Assembly: GCA_963732365.1 (NCBI GenBank)
Contig: CAVSZC010000007.1
Coordinates: forward strand, 8,625 to 72,624
DNA from: an uncultured Bacteroidales bacterium
GTDB lineage: Bacteria; Bacteroidota; Bacteroidia; Bacteroidales; VadinHA17
Direction of reading: 5' to 3'
DNA: 64,000 bases
The notes beneath the pieces were generated by a model, which saw only the letters and a list, made by a program, of their open reading frames with translations, made no database searches and was not told the origin of the DNA. Made by a program: the position numbers and the translations under genes. Positions 9,287-18,447 of the stretch are shown in pieces. Every line of letters starts with the position of its first letter. The stretch's first letter is position 1.

Positions 9287-9360
9287 TAGCGAGACCGAGA
9301 ATTGAACTCGGGACCTCATGATTATGAATCATGCGCTCTAACCAACTGAGCTATCTCGCC
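9287..9360 (-). tRNA. tRNA with CAT anticodon (Met; an Ile2/lysidine or initiator identity is not excluded)
   Basis: The reverse complement reads GGCGAGA TA GCTC AGTTGGTTA GAGC G CATGA TTCATAA TCATG AGGTC CCGAG TTCAATT CTCGG TCTCGCT A, a full cloverleaf. The 1:72 pair is G-U. CCA is not encoded. Confidence 0.85.
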
Positions 9361-9441
9361 TTGTCCTCCGTATCCGCCAACCGGCGGAGAAGGAGGGCCC
9401 ATTGCCAACCCATAACTATGGCAAAGGCTTTATTAACGCGG

Positions 9442-9453
9442 GTGCAAATATAA
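9442..9453 (-). promoter_or_regulatory. Bacteroidetes-type -7 box (TATATTTG) upstream of tRNA-Met
   Basis: The plus strand reads GTGCAAATATAA, the same 12-mer as in front of tRNA-Val (39081-39092). Its reverse complement TTATATTTGCAC fits the TAnnTTTG consensus. This implies a leader of about 80 nt that contains a GC hairpin (9363-9397). Confidence 0.35.
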
Positions 9454-9532
9454 ATATTTTTTCATTTTAGCCCTCATCCTTTTTGTTTTCATCTATTATT
9501 TTTATATTGCATCACAAGAGATTCTCCCACAA

Positions 9533-9919
9533 ATGAGATGCCGGTTCGAAATCGAATATACCCTGAATACCACCACCCGCGTGCTATTCGACAGACTGAG
9601 CACCCCGGAAGGACTCTCGGAATGGTTCGCTGACAACGTCAACGTCGACGGAGATACCTTTACATTCTTCTGGGACAAGACAGCAGCACATGCCCGCCTC
9701 GCTTACTTCAGGGAAAATAAATCAGTACGATTTGAGTGGCTCGATCTTGCCGACAGCGAATCAAACTTCTTCGAATTCCGTATCCAGACACACGAACTGA
9801 CCGGCGATACCGCACTCATCATCACCGACCACGCCGACGAGGACGAGGTCGAAGATGCAAAAGAGCTCTGGAACACACAGATATCCAACCTGCGTAAAGT
9901 CCTCGGCCTGCCTGAATAA
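9533..9919 (+). CDS. SRPBCC/START-like (AHSA1-like) domain protein
   Basis: 128 aa. The pattern LFDRLSTPEGLSEWFADNV...F.W... is typical of small START-like proteins of Bacteroidota. Confidence 0.6.
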   Translation: MRCRFEIEYTLNTTTRVLFDRLSTPEGLSEWFADNVNVDGDTFTFFWDKTAAHARLAYFRENKSVRFEWLDLADSESNFFEFRIQTHELTGDTALIITDHADEDEVEDAKELWNTQISNLRKVLGLPE

Positions 9920-9964
9920 GCAGCCGTTGCATCTTTACCAAAAATAGCGTACGTTTGCGACACA

Positions 9965-11473
9965 TTGCAGGCAATGAAGAAAATCGACATTTTCATGGTC
10001 AAGTCATTCATAGGACCGTTGTTCCTGACATTCTTCATTGTGCTGATCATATTCATCCTGCAGTTCCTCTGGATGTATGTCGACGAACTCGCCGGCAAAG
10101 GCCTTGAGATAAAAGTACTCGCAGAACTGCTCTTCCAGTTCTCCCTCACCTTCGTCCCCCTCTCCCTCCCCCTGGCAATACTCCTCGCCTCACTGATGAC
10201 CTTCGGTAACCTCGGTGAGTTCCTCGAACTCACAGCACTGAAATCGTCAGGAGTGCCGCTGCAGCGTGTTATGCTGCCTCTGTTCGTACTCGTATCTTTT
10301 CTTGCTGTCGCATCTTTCCTCTTCTCCGATTATATCCTTCCCCTCTCAAACCGCAAGGCAAGAACACTGCTCTATGACATCAGACGCAAACGGCCTGAAC
10401 TGAATATCCAGGCAGGTACCTTCTACAACGGGATAGACGGCTTCAGCATCAAGATAACCGATAAGGATGCCGAGACAAACAGACTCGACAGGATATATAT
10501 CTATGACCACCGGAAAGGGATGGGCAACAATGCAGTGATATACGCCGACTCGGGATATATGGCTGTCACTCAGGATGAGAGCGGAATGATTCTTACCCTT
10601 TACAACGGGTACGCATACAACGAGATGGAGGAGAGGAACGTTGACCAGGAAAAGAGAAAATACCCTTTCAGGCGGGATAAATTCAGCCAGCAGACAATGG
10701 TCATCGAACTGACCGGATTCGACCTCGACAGATCAGGGATGGACCTCTTCAGATCAAACTACGCCATGCTGAACTCAAGAGAACTGGGTTATTTTGTCGA
10801 CTCCCTGTCTGCCAGGTATGCGGTCCGCTCCGATGCCTATTACAATGACTTCAACAGCACCAAACTCATGTCACGCGACAGATATTATTCGAGCGGATAT
10901 GATAACTACGGTGACACCTCTTCTGCCAAAAAACTTGAAAACTTTAACTGCCGCGCTGCCTTTGACACTCTTGCAATGCCGGAAAAGACTGCTACCATCA
11001 GCAGGGCACTTAACCTCGCCCGTGACGGCATTGCATTCATGACCGAAAAGAGCGAGTCACTTCATCAGGAGGCAAAAAACCTCACAAGGTACCGCGTCGA
11101 GCTTTATAAGAAATATACCCTCCCTATTGCCTGCCTTGTCTTCTTCTTCATAGGTGCACCTCTCGGAGCAATAATAAGAAAAGGGGGCCTTGGTACACCG
11201 GCAGTAATATCGGTGCTCTTTTTCGTGGTCTACTATGTCATTTCACTGACCGGCGAGAAATTTGCCAAAGAACTCATCTGGAGTGTCCCGCTTGGTACCC
11301 TCGCATCTACAATTGTTCTTTTTCCGATAGGCATCTTCCTTACATACAAGGCAACAACAGACGCCGCCATCATGAACGCGGAGACATATCTTCTCTTCAT
11401 CAGGAAAATCGGAACTTTCTTCACCGGTATCAAACCTGAAACCAGCAATGAAGATACTCGTCCTGGCACCTAA
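9965..11473 (+). CDS. LptF/LptG family LPS export permease (YjgP/YjgQ)
   Basis: 502 aa. N-terminus IDIFMVKSFIGPLFLTFFIVLIIFILQFLW, followed by a periplasmic insert and C-terminal TM helices. The likely start is the ATG at 9974. Confidence 0.8.
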   Translation: MQAMKKIDIFMVKSFIGPLFLTFFIVLIIFILQFLWMYVDELAGKGLEIKVLAELLFQFSLTFVPLSLPLAILLASLMTFGNLGEFLELTALKSSGVPLQRVMLPLFVLVSFLAVASFLFSDYILPLSNRKARTLLYDIRRKRPELNIQAGTFYNGIDGFSIKITDKDAETNRLDRIYIYDHRKGMGNNAVIYADSGYMAVTQDESGMILTLYNGYAYNEMEERNVDQEKRKYPFRRDKFSQQTMVIELTGFDLDRSGMDLFRSNYAMLNSRELGYFVDSLSARYAVRSDAYYNDFNSTKLMSRDRYYSSGYDNYGDTSSAKKLENFNCRAAFDTLAMPEKTATISRALNLARDGIAFMTEKSESLHQEAKNLTRYRVELYKKYTLPIACLVFFFIGAPLGAIIRKGGLGTPAVISVLFFVVYYVISLTGEKFAKELIWSVPLGTLASTIVLFPIGIFLTYKATTDAAIMNAETYLLFIRKIGTFFTGIKPETSNEDTRPGT

Positions 11474-12656
11474 GCCCCCCTGGCCGCCACTCGACGGAGG
11501 AGCCGTGGCAACCATGAGGTGCATTGAAGGAATGGCTGCCGGAGGGGCTGAACTGTCAGTGCTGGCAATGCAGACGGAAAAACATCTGTCCGATACGGCA
11601 GCGGCCACCCCTCCTGCATCCATCCTCAGACACTATGAAACAGTGACCGTGGACACAAGGATAATGCCTGCGAGGCTGCTTGCCAACCTGTTCTTCTCTT
11701 CCGAGCCTTACGACCTGATCCGTTTCCGGTCCCGGACATTCTCGTCAGCCCTCCGCTCTCTCCTGCTGAAGGAACAGTTTGACATAATACAGTGTGAAGG
11801 GATCCCTTTCATATACTATGTCGGAGAGATACGGAAGTTGTCGAAGGCGCCTGTAGTACTCAGGGCTCATAATGTTGAGCACCGCATCAGGGAGATGATG
11901 GCAGGCCGGACATCAGACCCGTTCAGTATGGCATACCTTAAAAATCTCTCCGGCAGAATCAGGAAGAAGGAAATTGCATCTGCCAGAATATTTGACGCAA
12001 TAGTGCCAATAAGCGAACCTGACTTTCAGTGGTTCAGGTCAGTGGCCTCCGGCAATCCGGTCATGCTGTCCGAAACAGGTGCAGTGCTGACAGAAAGCCT
12101 ATCAGAAAACCGGCAGGGAGAAATGAAGGTGGGGTTCATCGGTGCACTTAACTGGGAGCCCAACCTTGACGGACTCAAGTGGTTCCTGAAAGAAGTATGG
12201 CCCCATGTAATCAAAAGCCACCCTGACGCTCAGCTGTTCATTGCAGGCCGTGGCGCCTCTGACGAGATCGCGGGGCAGATGAGAGGCATCAATGTAATCT
12301 TTATGGGGGAGGTGGATGACGCCCGCACATTCATGGAATCGATGACAGTGCTGATAGCACCGCTCTTTGCTGGCAGCGGGCTGCGCATCAAGATCATTGA
12401 GGCGATGAGCCTCGGCAAAACGGTGGTCGTAACCCCTGTCGCTGCACTGGGCCTGCCTGTCACCGGCGGACAGGAGCTTTTTATCGCGAAAGATGCAGCC
12501 TCATTCTGCAGTGCCCTCACTGGAGCACTCGAGAGCCCCGCCGTCAGGAGAACGACAGGAGAGGCCGCCAGAGAGCTTGTCAGAAGGCGATATGACAACC
12601 TTGTTCAGACAGGACGCATGCTGGAGTTTTACGGAACACTGTGCCATGGCCGCTGA
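11448..12656 (+). CDS. Glycosyltransferase family 4 (GT-B)
   Basis: 402 aa. N-terminus MKILVLAPKPPWPPLDGG and a C-terminal E-x7-E region (IIEAMSLGKTVVVTP). Confidence 0.75.
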   Translation: MKILVLAPKPPWPPLDGGAVATMRCIEGMAAGGAELSVLAMQTEKHLSDTAAATPPASILRHYETVTVDTRIMPARLLANLFFSSEPYDLIRFRSRTFSSALRSLLLKEQFDIIQCEGIPFIYYVGEIRKLSKAPVVLRAHNVEHRIREMMAGRTSDPFSMAYLKNLSGRIRKKEIASARIFDAIVPISEPDFQWFRSVASGNPVMLSETGAVLTESLSENRQGEMKVGFIGALNWEPNLDGLKWFLKEVWPHVIKSHPDAQLFIAGRGASDEIAGQMRGINVIFMGEVDDARTFMESMTVLIAPLFAGSGLRIKIIEAMSLGKTVVVTPVAALGLPVTGGQELFIAKDAASFCSALTGALESPAVRRTTGEAARELVRRRYDNLVQTGRMLEFYGTLCHGR

Positions 12657-13845
12657 GGTGGTATTCATTGCCGCTGTCATGATGCTGGGATGGAGTTACA
12701 TCATTTACCCTGCTCTTGTATTTACAATTGCATCAATACGTAAAACGGACGGCAGCAACATGCAGGCGGATACCGCCCTGAACACCGAACGAAACCTCGA
12801 TTCTGCTACTGCCCTTCATACTGTATCTGTGCTGATACCGGTTTACAATGAAGAGAAGGTAATAAGGGAAAAGCTTACCAGCATTCTTTTATCAGATTAT
12901 CCGGCTGAATTACTTGAGATACTTGTCGGATCAGACGCTTCCGATGACTCTACCGAAGAAATCGTGGAGTCCATTGCTGCCGGGGTAAAGCGGATAAGGC
13001 TGCACAGAAGCAATACCAGAAGAGGCAAATCAGCCATGCTGAATGATCTCGCTGCTTTAGCCGGGGGCGATATCCTCATCATAACTGACGCAAATGTTCT
13101 TTTTTCGACTGATACCGTAAGGCATCTGGCAGAGGGGATCTCCGCTCCGGGAACGGGATTGTGTGATGCTGCTGTAATACCGGATGCTGCTGCATCACAT
13201 GGCGTTGCACACCAGGAAAACTTCTACAGCAGGTTTGAATCGGCACTGAAGAGTGCCGAAGCAGTGGCCTGGGGTTCAATGACCGGCCCCTACGGGGGAT
13301 GCTACGCCATCAGGCGTGACCTCTTTCCGGTCATACCCGATAATACGCTGGTCGATGATCTCTATGTCGGACTGACAGCGTTGAAAAAGGGATATGCCAT
13401 AAAAAACATTCCCTCTGCTACAGTCACTGAAGACACGGAAGCAGACCTTGCCGGACAGTACAGACGCAGGGTCAGGATCGCGGCAGGATCATACCAGAAC
13501 CTTTTCCGGTTCGGACCATTTCCATCACCCAACATAAAAATCTCATTCTCATTCTTTTCGCACAAGGTACTGAGATGGCTCACACCATTTTTTCTTATGC
13601 TGGTTTTTATGACAACGGTCATTCTTTCTGCCAGCTCCGTTTTCTATTTTTGTCTGTTAGCCCTTCAGTTAATTTTTCTACTTTTGTCGGCGCTTGACCT
13701 GGCACTGAACGAATACGGACGGAAAATGTTATATCTGCGGTATGTGACGCAGTTTATAATGATGAACGCAGCACTGACAGGAGGGTTTTTGAAGGCATTA
13801 AAGGGGATTAAAAATGGTATATGGGAACCCACCAAACGCGTTTGA
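12646..13845 (+). CDS. Glycosyltransferase family 2 with TM segments
   Basis: [17 protein letters not shown] and ITDAN motifs, and C-terminal TM helices. I place the start at ATG 12646 ([11 protein letters not shown]), which overlaps the GT4 stop. The 12493 start in the ORF track would overlap GT4 by 164 nt. Confidence 0.75.
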   Translation: MAAEVVFIAAVMMLGWSYIIYPALVFTIASIRKTDGSNMQADTALNTERNLDSATALHTVSVLIPVYNEEKVIREKLTSILLSDYPAELLEILVGSDASDDSTEEIVESIAAGVKRIRLHRSNTRRGKSAMLNDLAALAGGDILIITDANVLFSTDTVRHLAEGISAPGTGLCDAAVIPDAAASHGVAHQENFYSRFESALKSAEAVAWGSMTGPYGGCYAIRRDLFPVIPDNTLVDDLYVGLTALKKGYAIKNIPSATVTEDTEADLAGQYRRRVRIAAGSYQNLFRFGPFPSPNIKISFSFFSHKVLRWLTPFFLMLVFMTTVILSASSVFYFCLLALQLIFLLLSALDLALNEYGRKMLYLRYVTQFIMMNAALTGGFLKALKGIKNGIWEPTKRV

Positions 13846-15091
13846 GATGACAGAGAACGCCAGAATGAACAGCATCAACGAGGCAATCGAAGAGATAAGG
13901 GAGGGCAGGATAGTCATTGTCGTTGATGATGAAGACAGGGAGAACGAGGGCGATTTCATCTGTGCCGCTGAACTGATAACCCCCGAGATCGTAAATTTCA
14001 TGGCCACCCACGGCAGGGGTCTGATATGCGTCCCTCTTCCGGAGGAGAGATGCGACCAGCTTGACCTGCACATGATGGTGGGACATAACACATCTCTTCA
14101 TGAGACGGCCTTCACCGTTTCAGTAGACCTCCTGAGCCCCGAGACGACAACTGGCATCTCTGCCCGCGACAGGGCACTAACCATAAAAGCACTTGTCGAC
14201 CCGGCAACAAAACCCTCACAGCTTGGAAGACCCGGACATATATTCCCCCTCAGGGCACGCTCGAAGGGTGTGCTGCGCAGGGCAGGCCACACGGAGGCAG
14301 CAGTGGACCTCACACGGCTGGCGGGGCTCCATCCCGGAGGTGCACTGGTGGAGATAATGAACGAGGACGGCTCCATGGCCCGGCTGCCTGACCTGCTGGA
14401 GATATCAATGAGGTTCGGCATAAAGATAGTTACCATCAGAGACCTGATCAGATACCGGCTGGGCATTGAATCAATAGTTGAGATGGGCGAACAGGTTAAG
14501 CTGCCGACAGAACACGGCGACTTTGACTTCATCCCCTTCAGGCAGGTGAGCAACGGACTGGAGCATGCTGCTCTCGTAAAAGGCACCTGGACCAAGGATG
14601 AACCTGTACTGGTAAGGGTACACTCTTCTTGCTTCACCGGAGATATCTTCGGTTCACAGCGATGTGACTGCGGCCCACAACTGCATAAGGCGATGCAGAT
14701 GGTCAATGATGCCGGCAAGGGGGCAATAATATACCTCAGCCAGGAAGGACGGGGCATAGGTCTGATAAACAAAATCAAAACCTACAAGCTCCAGGAACAG
14801 GGACGTGATACCGTGGAGGCAAACATCGAACTCGGCTTCCGTGAAGATGAGCGTGACTACGGCATAGGTGCAAACATAATGCGCGGGATAGGACTCGGTA
14901 AGGTCAGGCTGATCTCTAATAACCCGGTGAAGAGAGCCGGGCTCGAAGGATACGGCATCTCAATCGTGGAGGTAATACCGCTTGTCATCGCTCCCAACCC
15001 TTTCAACTCCTTCTACCTTGAGACAAAAGCCGCAAAGATGGGCCACAGCTTTGTCTGTTACAAGACGCCAAGCAAGGGGGAAGATGAATGA
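13814..15091 (+). CDS. ribBA: Bifunctional 3,4-dihydroxy-2-butanone-4-phosphate synthase / GTP cyclohydrolase II
   Basis: 425 aa. DRENEGDFI (DHBP synthase) and [18 protein letters not shown] (GCH II zinc site). The start may be at an internal Met ([13 protein letters not shown]). Confidence 0.9.
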   Translation: MVYGNPPNAFEMTENARMNSINEAIEEIREGRIVIVVDDEDRENEGDFICAAELITPEIVNFMATHGRGLICVPLPEERCDQLDLHMMVGHNTSLHETAFTVSVDLLSPETTTGISARDRALTIKALVDPATKPSQLGRPGHIFPLRARSKGVLRRAGHTEAAVDLTRLAGLHPGGALVEIMNEDGSMARLPDLLEISMRFGIKIVTIRDLIRYRLGIESIVEMGEQVKLPTEHGDFDFIPFRQVSNGLEHAALVKGTWTKDEPVLVRVHSSCFTGDIFGSQRCDCGPQLHKAMQMVNDAGKGAIIYLSQEGRGIGLINKIKTYKLQEQGRDTVEANIELGFREDERDYGIGANIMRGIGLGKVRLISNNPVKRAGLEGYGISIVEVIPLVIAPNPFNSFYLETKAAKMGHSFVCYKTPSKGEDE

Positions 15092-16043
15092 CAGGAAGCC
15101 ATCGATAGTTTTCATGGGCACGCCTGCCTTCGCCGTGGCAAGCCTGCGCGCACTGCATGAAGAAGGGTACACCATAGCCGCCGTTGTCACTGCACCGGAT
15201 AAACCCGCAGGCCGGGGTCAGAAGATATCCTGCACCCCTGTGAAAGAGTATGCCATCGGGAACGGACTTCCTCTCTTTCAGCCTGAGAAACTCCGTGATG
15301 CCTCGTTCATAAACAGTATCAGGGAATTAAATGCCGACATGTTCGTCGTAGTTGCATTCCGCATGCTGCCTGCACTTCTGTGGAGCATGCCGCCCATGGG
15401 AACCTTCAACCTGCACGCCTCCCTCCTGCCGCAATACCGTGGCGCGGCCCCCATCAACCATGCCATTATCAACGGCGAGACACAGACAGGGGTCACAACA
15501 TTCCTGATTGATGAAGAGATCGACACAGGCAAAATACTGCTCAGGAAAGCCACGGACATACTCCCAGAAGATAATGCCGGCACACTCCATGACAGGCTCA
15601 TGACCCTCGGTGCTGATCTCGTGAAAGAGACTGTCTCAGGTCTGGCAAATAAGACACTCCAGCCGCTTCCGCAGATAGCTGAGCCCGGAACCTTACTGCA
15701 TGAGGCACCCAGGATTTTCCCACCAGACACTTTTATTGACTGGAATGACACTGCACTCAGGATTCACAACAAAATAAGGGGACTGTCACCGTATCCGGGA
15801 GCAGTAACATCACTTGTTACAGACAAAAGAACAATACGGCTGAAGTTGTATGAAAGCCTGATTACTGATGATACTTCACACCAAGTTCCCGGAACAATAA
15901 TAGCCGGGGAAAAGTCAAAGCTCGTCATCTCCTGCGGATCAGGAGCAGTGGAGATAGTCACTCTGCAGCCTGAAGGGAGGAAGAAGATGACCTCACAGGA
16001 GTTTCTGAGAGGGTATGATTTAAAAGGGTGTCACCTCTCCTGA
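15084..16043 (+). CDS. fmt: Methionyl-tRNA formyltransferase
   Basis: [14 protein letters not shown]...[14 protein letters not shown] and [14 protein letters not shown]. The ATG at 15084 overlaps the ribBA stop by 8 nt. Confidence 0.9.
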   Translation: MNDRKPSIVFMGTPAFAVASLRALHEEGYTIAAVVTAPDKPAGRGQKISCTPVKEYAIGNGLPLFQPEKLRDASFINSIRELNADMFVVVAFRMLPALLWSMPPMGTFNLHASLLPQYRGAAPINHAIINGETQTGVTTFLIDEEIDTGKILLRKATDILPEDNAGTLHDRLMTLGADLVKETVSGLANKTLQPLPQIAEPGTLLHEAPRIFPPDTFIDWNDTALRIHNKIRGLSPYPGAVTSLVTDKRTIRLKLYESLITDDTSHQVPGTIIAGEKSKLVISCGSGAVEIVTLQPEGRKKMTSQEFLRGYDLKGCHLS

Positions 16044-16053
16044 GGAGTTGCCG

Positions 16054-17160
16054 CTATCTGATCCTTACCTTCTGACCAGCCACACATTCCTTCCCCTCAT
16101 CCATCAGATTCATCTTATATAATGCATTAAGCTTTATGGCGTATTTCTGGGAGATGAGATGCATTGTCTCTCCAGGCTGGACGAAATGCATTGTGTTACC
16201 CTCAGCCGCCTTTGTGCGCTTCGGCTCGAGATAAATGATCTGCCCTGGCTTCAGGGAGCTGTCTGACGGGAGATCATTGAAGCGGCTCAGCTCCCAGGCC
16301 AGGAGCTGAAACTCGCCTGCCAGTGAGCTGAAGGTGTCACCTTCACGTACCACCGCATACTTCACTCCGTTGTTTACTCCTGTCCTGCCGGTGTTAAGTT
16401 TAATGACCTCTGCCGGCGCGTTGGACACGGGATTTGCAACCATGGTATCAGATGTGCTTGCAGCCGCTGTGACTACGACTGCAGAAGCAGCAGGGGCATT
16501 GACGGGAGACGGCGCATTAACTGTCTGCGGTTTGTTTTCTGCAGGCTCCGTCATGCTTTTCTTTGCCGTCATATTACTTCCTGTGTCGAAGGCGTGAAGG
16601 CCGTACTCATCAATCTTGCGTATGAGAAGTGAGGCATAGTCAGGGTCAGTCGCATATCCTGCCTTTTTCAGTCCGTGCGCCCAGCCCTTGTAATCGGTGC
16701 TGCTCAGCCTGAACAGATCCTTATACCGCGATCCGGTAACAAGAAAATCCGAATGGTCCCTGTATGAATCCTTCACATTGCTGTAACTCCTGAAACACTC
16801 GTTCTTCCTGTCATCATCCTTATAGGCCTTTTCACCCTGCCATGTGCTGTGACACTTGATGCCGAAATGATTATTGGCCTTTCTGGCGAGGTAACTGCGC
16901 CCGTAGTCCGACTCGAGCATGCCCTGTGCCAGCGTAATGCTGGCCGGTATTCCGGTACGCTGCATCTCGATGACAGCCATCGCACTGTATTTGTTTACAT
17001 AGTCAACAGCATAGGACGGAAGCGAAGAGGAAGGCACCGGTTCTGTGGCCGATCTGCGTGAAGAGCCGCAGGAATACAGCAACAGAAGTGCAACAGGTAT
17101 TATATATTTCGGAGAAAATCTCATCAAAAAGGTTTTGGCAAAAGTATAAAAATGTCTCAA
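16054..17160 (-). CDS. Peptidoglycan hydrolase: GH73 glucosaminidase domain plus two LysM domains (lipoprotein)
   Basis: ITLAQGMLESDYGRS (GH73), LysM repeats (YAVVREGDTFSSLAGEF and HFVQPGETMHLISQKY). The likely start is M at 17124, followed by a LLLYSC lipobox. Confidence 0.8.
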   Translation of the reverse strand: MRHFYTFAKTFLMRFSPKYIIPVALLLLYSCGSSRRSATEPVPSSSLPSYAVDYVNKYSAMAVIEMQRTGIPASITLAQGMLESDYGRSYLARKANNHFGIKCHSTWQGEKAYKDDDRKNECFRSYSNVKDSYRDHSDFLVTGSRYKDLFRLSSTDYKGWAHGLKKAGYATDPDYASLLIRKIDEYGLHAFDTGSNMTAKKSMTEPAENKPQTVNAPSPVNAPAASAVVVTAAASTSDTMVANPVSNAPAEVIKLNTGRTGVNNGVKYAVVREGDTFSSLAGEFQLLAWELSRFNDLPSDSSLKPGQIIYLEPKRTKAAEGNTMHFVQPGETMHLISQKYAIKLNALYKMNLMDEGKECVAGQKVRIR

Positions 17161-17232
17161 GTGACTGCAACTTCTCTTCCCCGGGGAAAAATTTTATTAC
17201 TTTTATTCCGCCAAACCTCACGTCACCTCACT

Positions 17233-17718
17233 ATGAAAGAGAGAGAAATAAGGATGACATACAGGGAGTATCCGAATACTCAGGATCTGCCTGAAGATGA
17301 GCAGATGCTTGTCAGTGAGGCTGTTGCTGCAGCATCAGGTGCCTACGCCCCCTATTCGCGTTTCATGGTCGGAGCAGCAATGCTTTTTGACGATGGCACG
17401 GTCATCAGGGGAGCCAACGTAGAGAATGCTGCCTATCCATCAGGGAGCTGTGCTGAAAAGACGGTGCTCTCATATGCGATATCCAACTACCCCGGCAAAA
17501 AGCCTCTGGCAATAGCTGTTGCAGCCCTGGCGGGAGGAAGGCTTACACTTGAGCCTGTGCCACCGTGCGGCAACTGCCGTCAGATGCTTCTTGAGGAAGA
17601 GAAACGCCAGGGAAGTGATATAAAAGTGATTCTCACAGGTAAAGAAAAAACAATAGTGCTGAAAAACTGTGAGTCATTGATGCCTCTCCACTTCACAAAA
17701 TCCAATCTCCAGCCCTGA
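17233..17718 (+). CDS. cdd: Cytidine deaminase
   Basis: Zinc motifs SCAEKTV and PCGNCRQ. The start is placed at the internal ATG 17233; the track ORF starts at 17152. Confidence 0.85.
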   Translation: MKEREIRMTYREYPNTQDLPEDEQMLVSEAVAAASGAYAPYSRFMVGAAMLFDDGTVIRGANVENAAYPSGSCAEKTVLSYAISNYPGKKPLAIAVAALAGGRLTLEPVPPCGNCRQMLLEEEKRQGSDIKVILTGKEKTIVLKNCESLMPLHFTKSNLQP

Positions 17719-17721
17719 GCG

Positions 17722-17756
17722 CTGCGCCATGTGCCATGCGCCCTGCGCCCTGCGCT
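17722..17756. repeat. Heptanucleotide tandem repeat x5, (C/A)TG(C/T)GC(C/T)
   Basis: CTGCGCC ATGTGCC ATGCGCC CTGCGCC CTGCGCT, lying between the convergent cdd and response-regulator genes and overlapping the last 2 nt of the regulator's stop codon. Confidence 0.6.
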
Positions 17757-18447
17757 ATTCCCCTATAACCAGCTGAAAACCGCTCCCGTGTATATTCTTC
17801 AGAGCGATCTGCTGGTCATCACCAAGATACTTTCTGAGCTTGGTGACATAAACATCCATGCTTCTTGCCGTGAAGTAATCATCAGCACCCCATATCTTCT
17901 TCAGGGCAGCCTCACGGCTGACAAGTGAGTTGGGGGCCATGGCAAGCATCTCAAGCAGCTGCCCCTCTTTTGGAGAGAGCTTCCTCTCTGTGTTACCGAT
18001 GGTAAGTGTCCTCAGCCTGGCATTGAAGATGAACTTACCGATCTCGTAAATATCCCGTGAGCCATCCTGAATATCACGGCGCGAGATGATTGCCTTAATC
18101 TTGCAAAGAAGTATGTCAGTGTCAAAAGGCTTGGTGATGTAATCATCGGCTCCTACACCATAACCCTTTAACAGATCCTCCTTGAGCTTCTTGGCTGTGA
18201 GGAAGATGATGGGGATAACCGAGTTTATGCTTCTTACCTCAGCAGCAATTGTAAATCCGTCGACGTGAGGAAGCATCACGTCAAGGATACACAGGTCATA
18301 GACTCCCCTGCGGAACACATCTATTGCCATCTTGCCGTCATCGACGAGATCAACGCTGAAGTCATTTATCTCAAGGTATGACTTCAGTACCGACCCGAAA
18401 CTCAGGTCATCCTCAACCAGGAAAATCCTTGCAATCTTCTTGCTCAT
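17755..18447 (-). CDS. OmpR-family response regulator (receiver plus winged helix)
   Basis: 230 aa. IFLVEDD, ILDVMLP, and a C-terminal trans_reg_C pattern (LSPKEGQLLEML...VYVTKLRKYL). Confidence 0.9.
   Translation of the reverse strand: MSKKIARIFLVEDDLSFGSVLKSYLEINDFSVDLVDDGKMAIDVFRRGVYDLCILDVMLPHVDGFTIAAEVRSINSVIPIIFLTAKKLKEDLLKGYGVGADDYITKPFDTDILLCKIKAIISRRDIQDGSRDIYEIGKFIFNARLRTLTIGNTERKLSPKEGQLLEMLAMAPNSLVSREAALKKIWGADDYFTARSMDVYVTKLRKYLGDDQQIALKNIHGSGFQLVIGE

Noticed and set aside
1-9360. Calling the island a mobile element (integrative element or prophage remnant).
   Set aside because: No integrase, transposase, recombinase or phage structural gene lies in the visible part. Only the tRNA adjacency, the composition shift and a weak direct repeat support mobility, so I listed it as an island and not as a mobile_element.
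9703-10233. 176-aa minus-strand ORF spanning the SRPBCC/LptFG intergenic region.
   Set aside because: It overlaps two well-supported plus-strand genes. The translation is Ser/Arg-rich and low in complexity.
12493-12645. N-terminal extension of the GT2 gene as listed in the ORF track.
   Set aside because: It would overlap the GT4 gene by 164 nt, and its translation is Pro/Ser/Glu-rich. An in-frame ATG at 12646 directly precedes the first TM helix and gives a normal 11-nt overlap.
13700-13850. FMN riboswitch expected upstream of ribBA.
   Set aside because: ribBA overlaps the 3' end of the preceding GT2 gene, so there is no leader, and no FMN-element-like sequence is visible.
14098-14778. 226-aa minus-strand ORF.
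   Set aside because: It is antisense to ribBA, whose identity is unambiguous.
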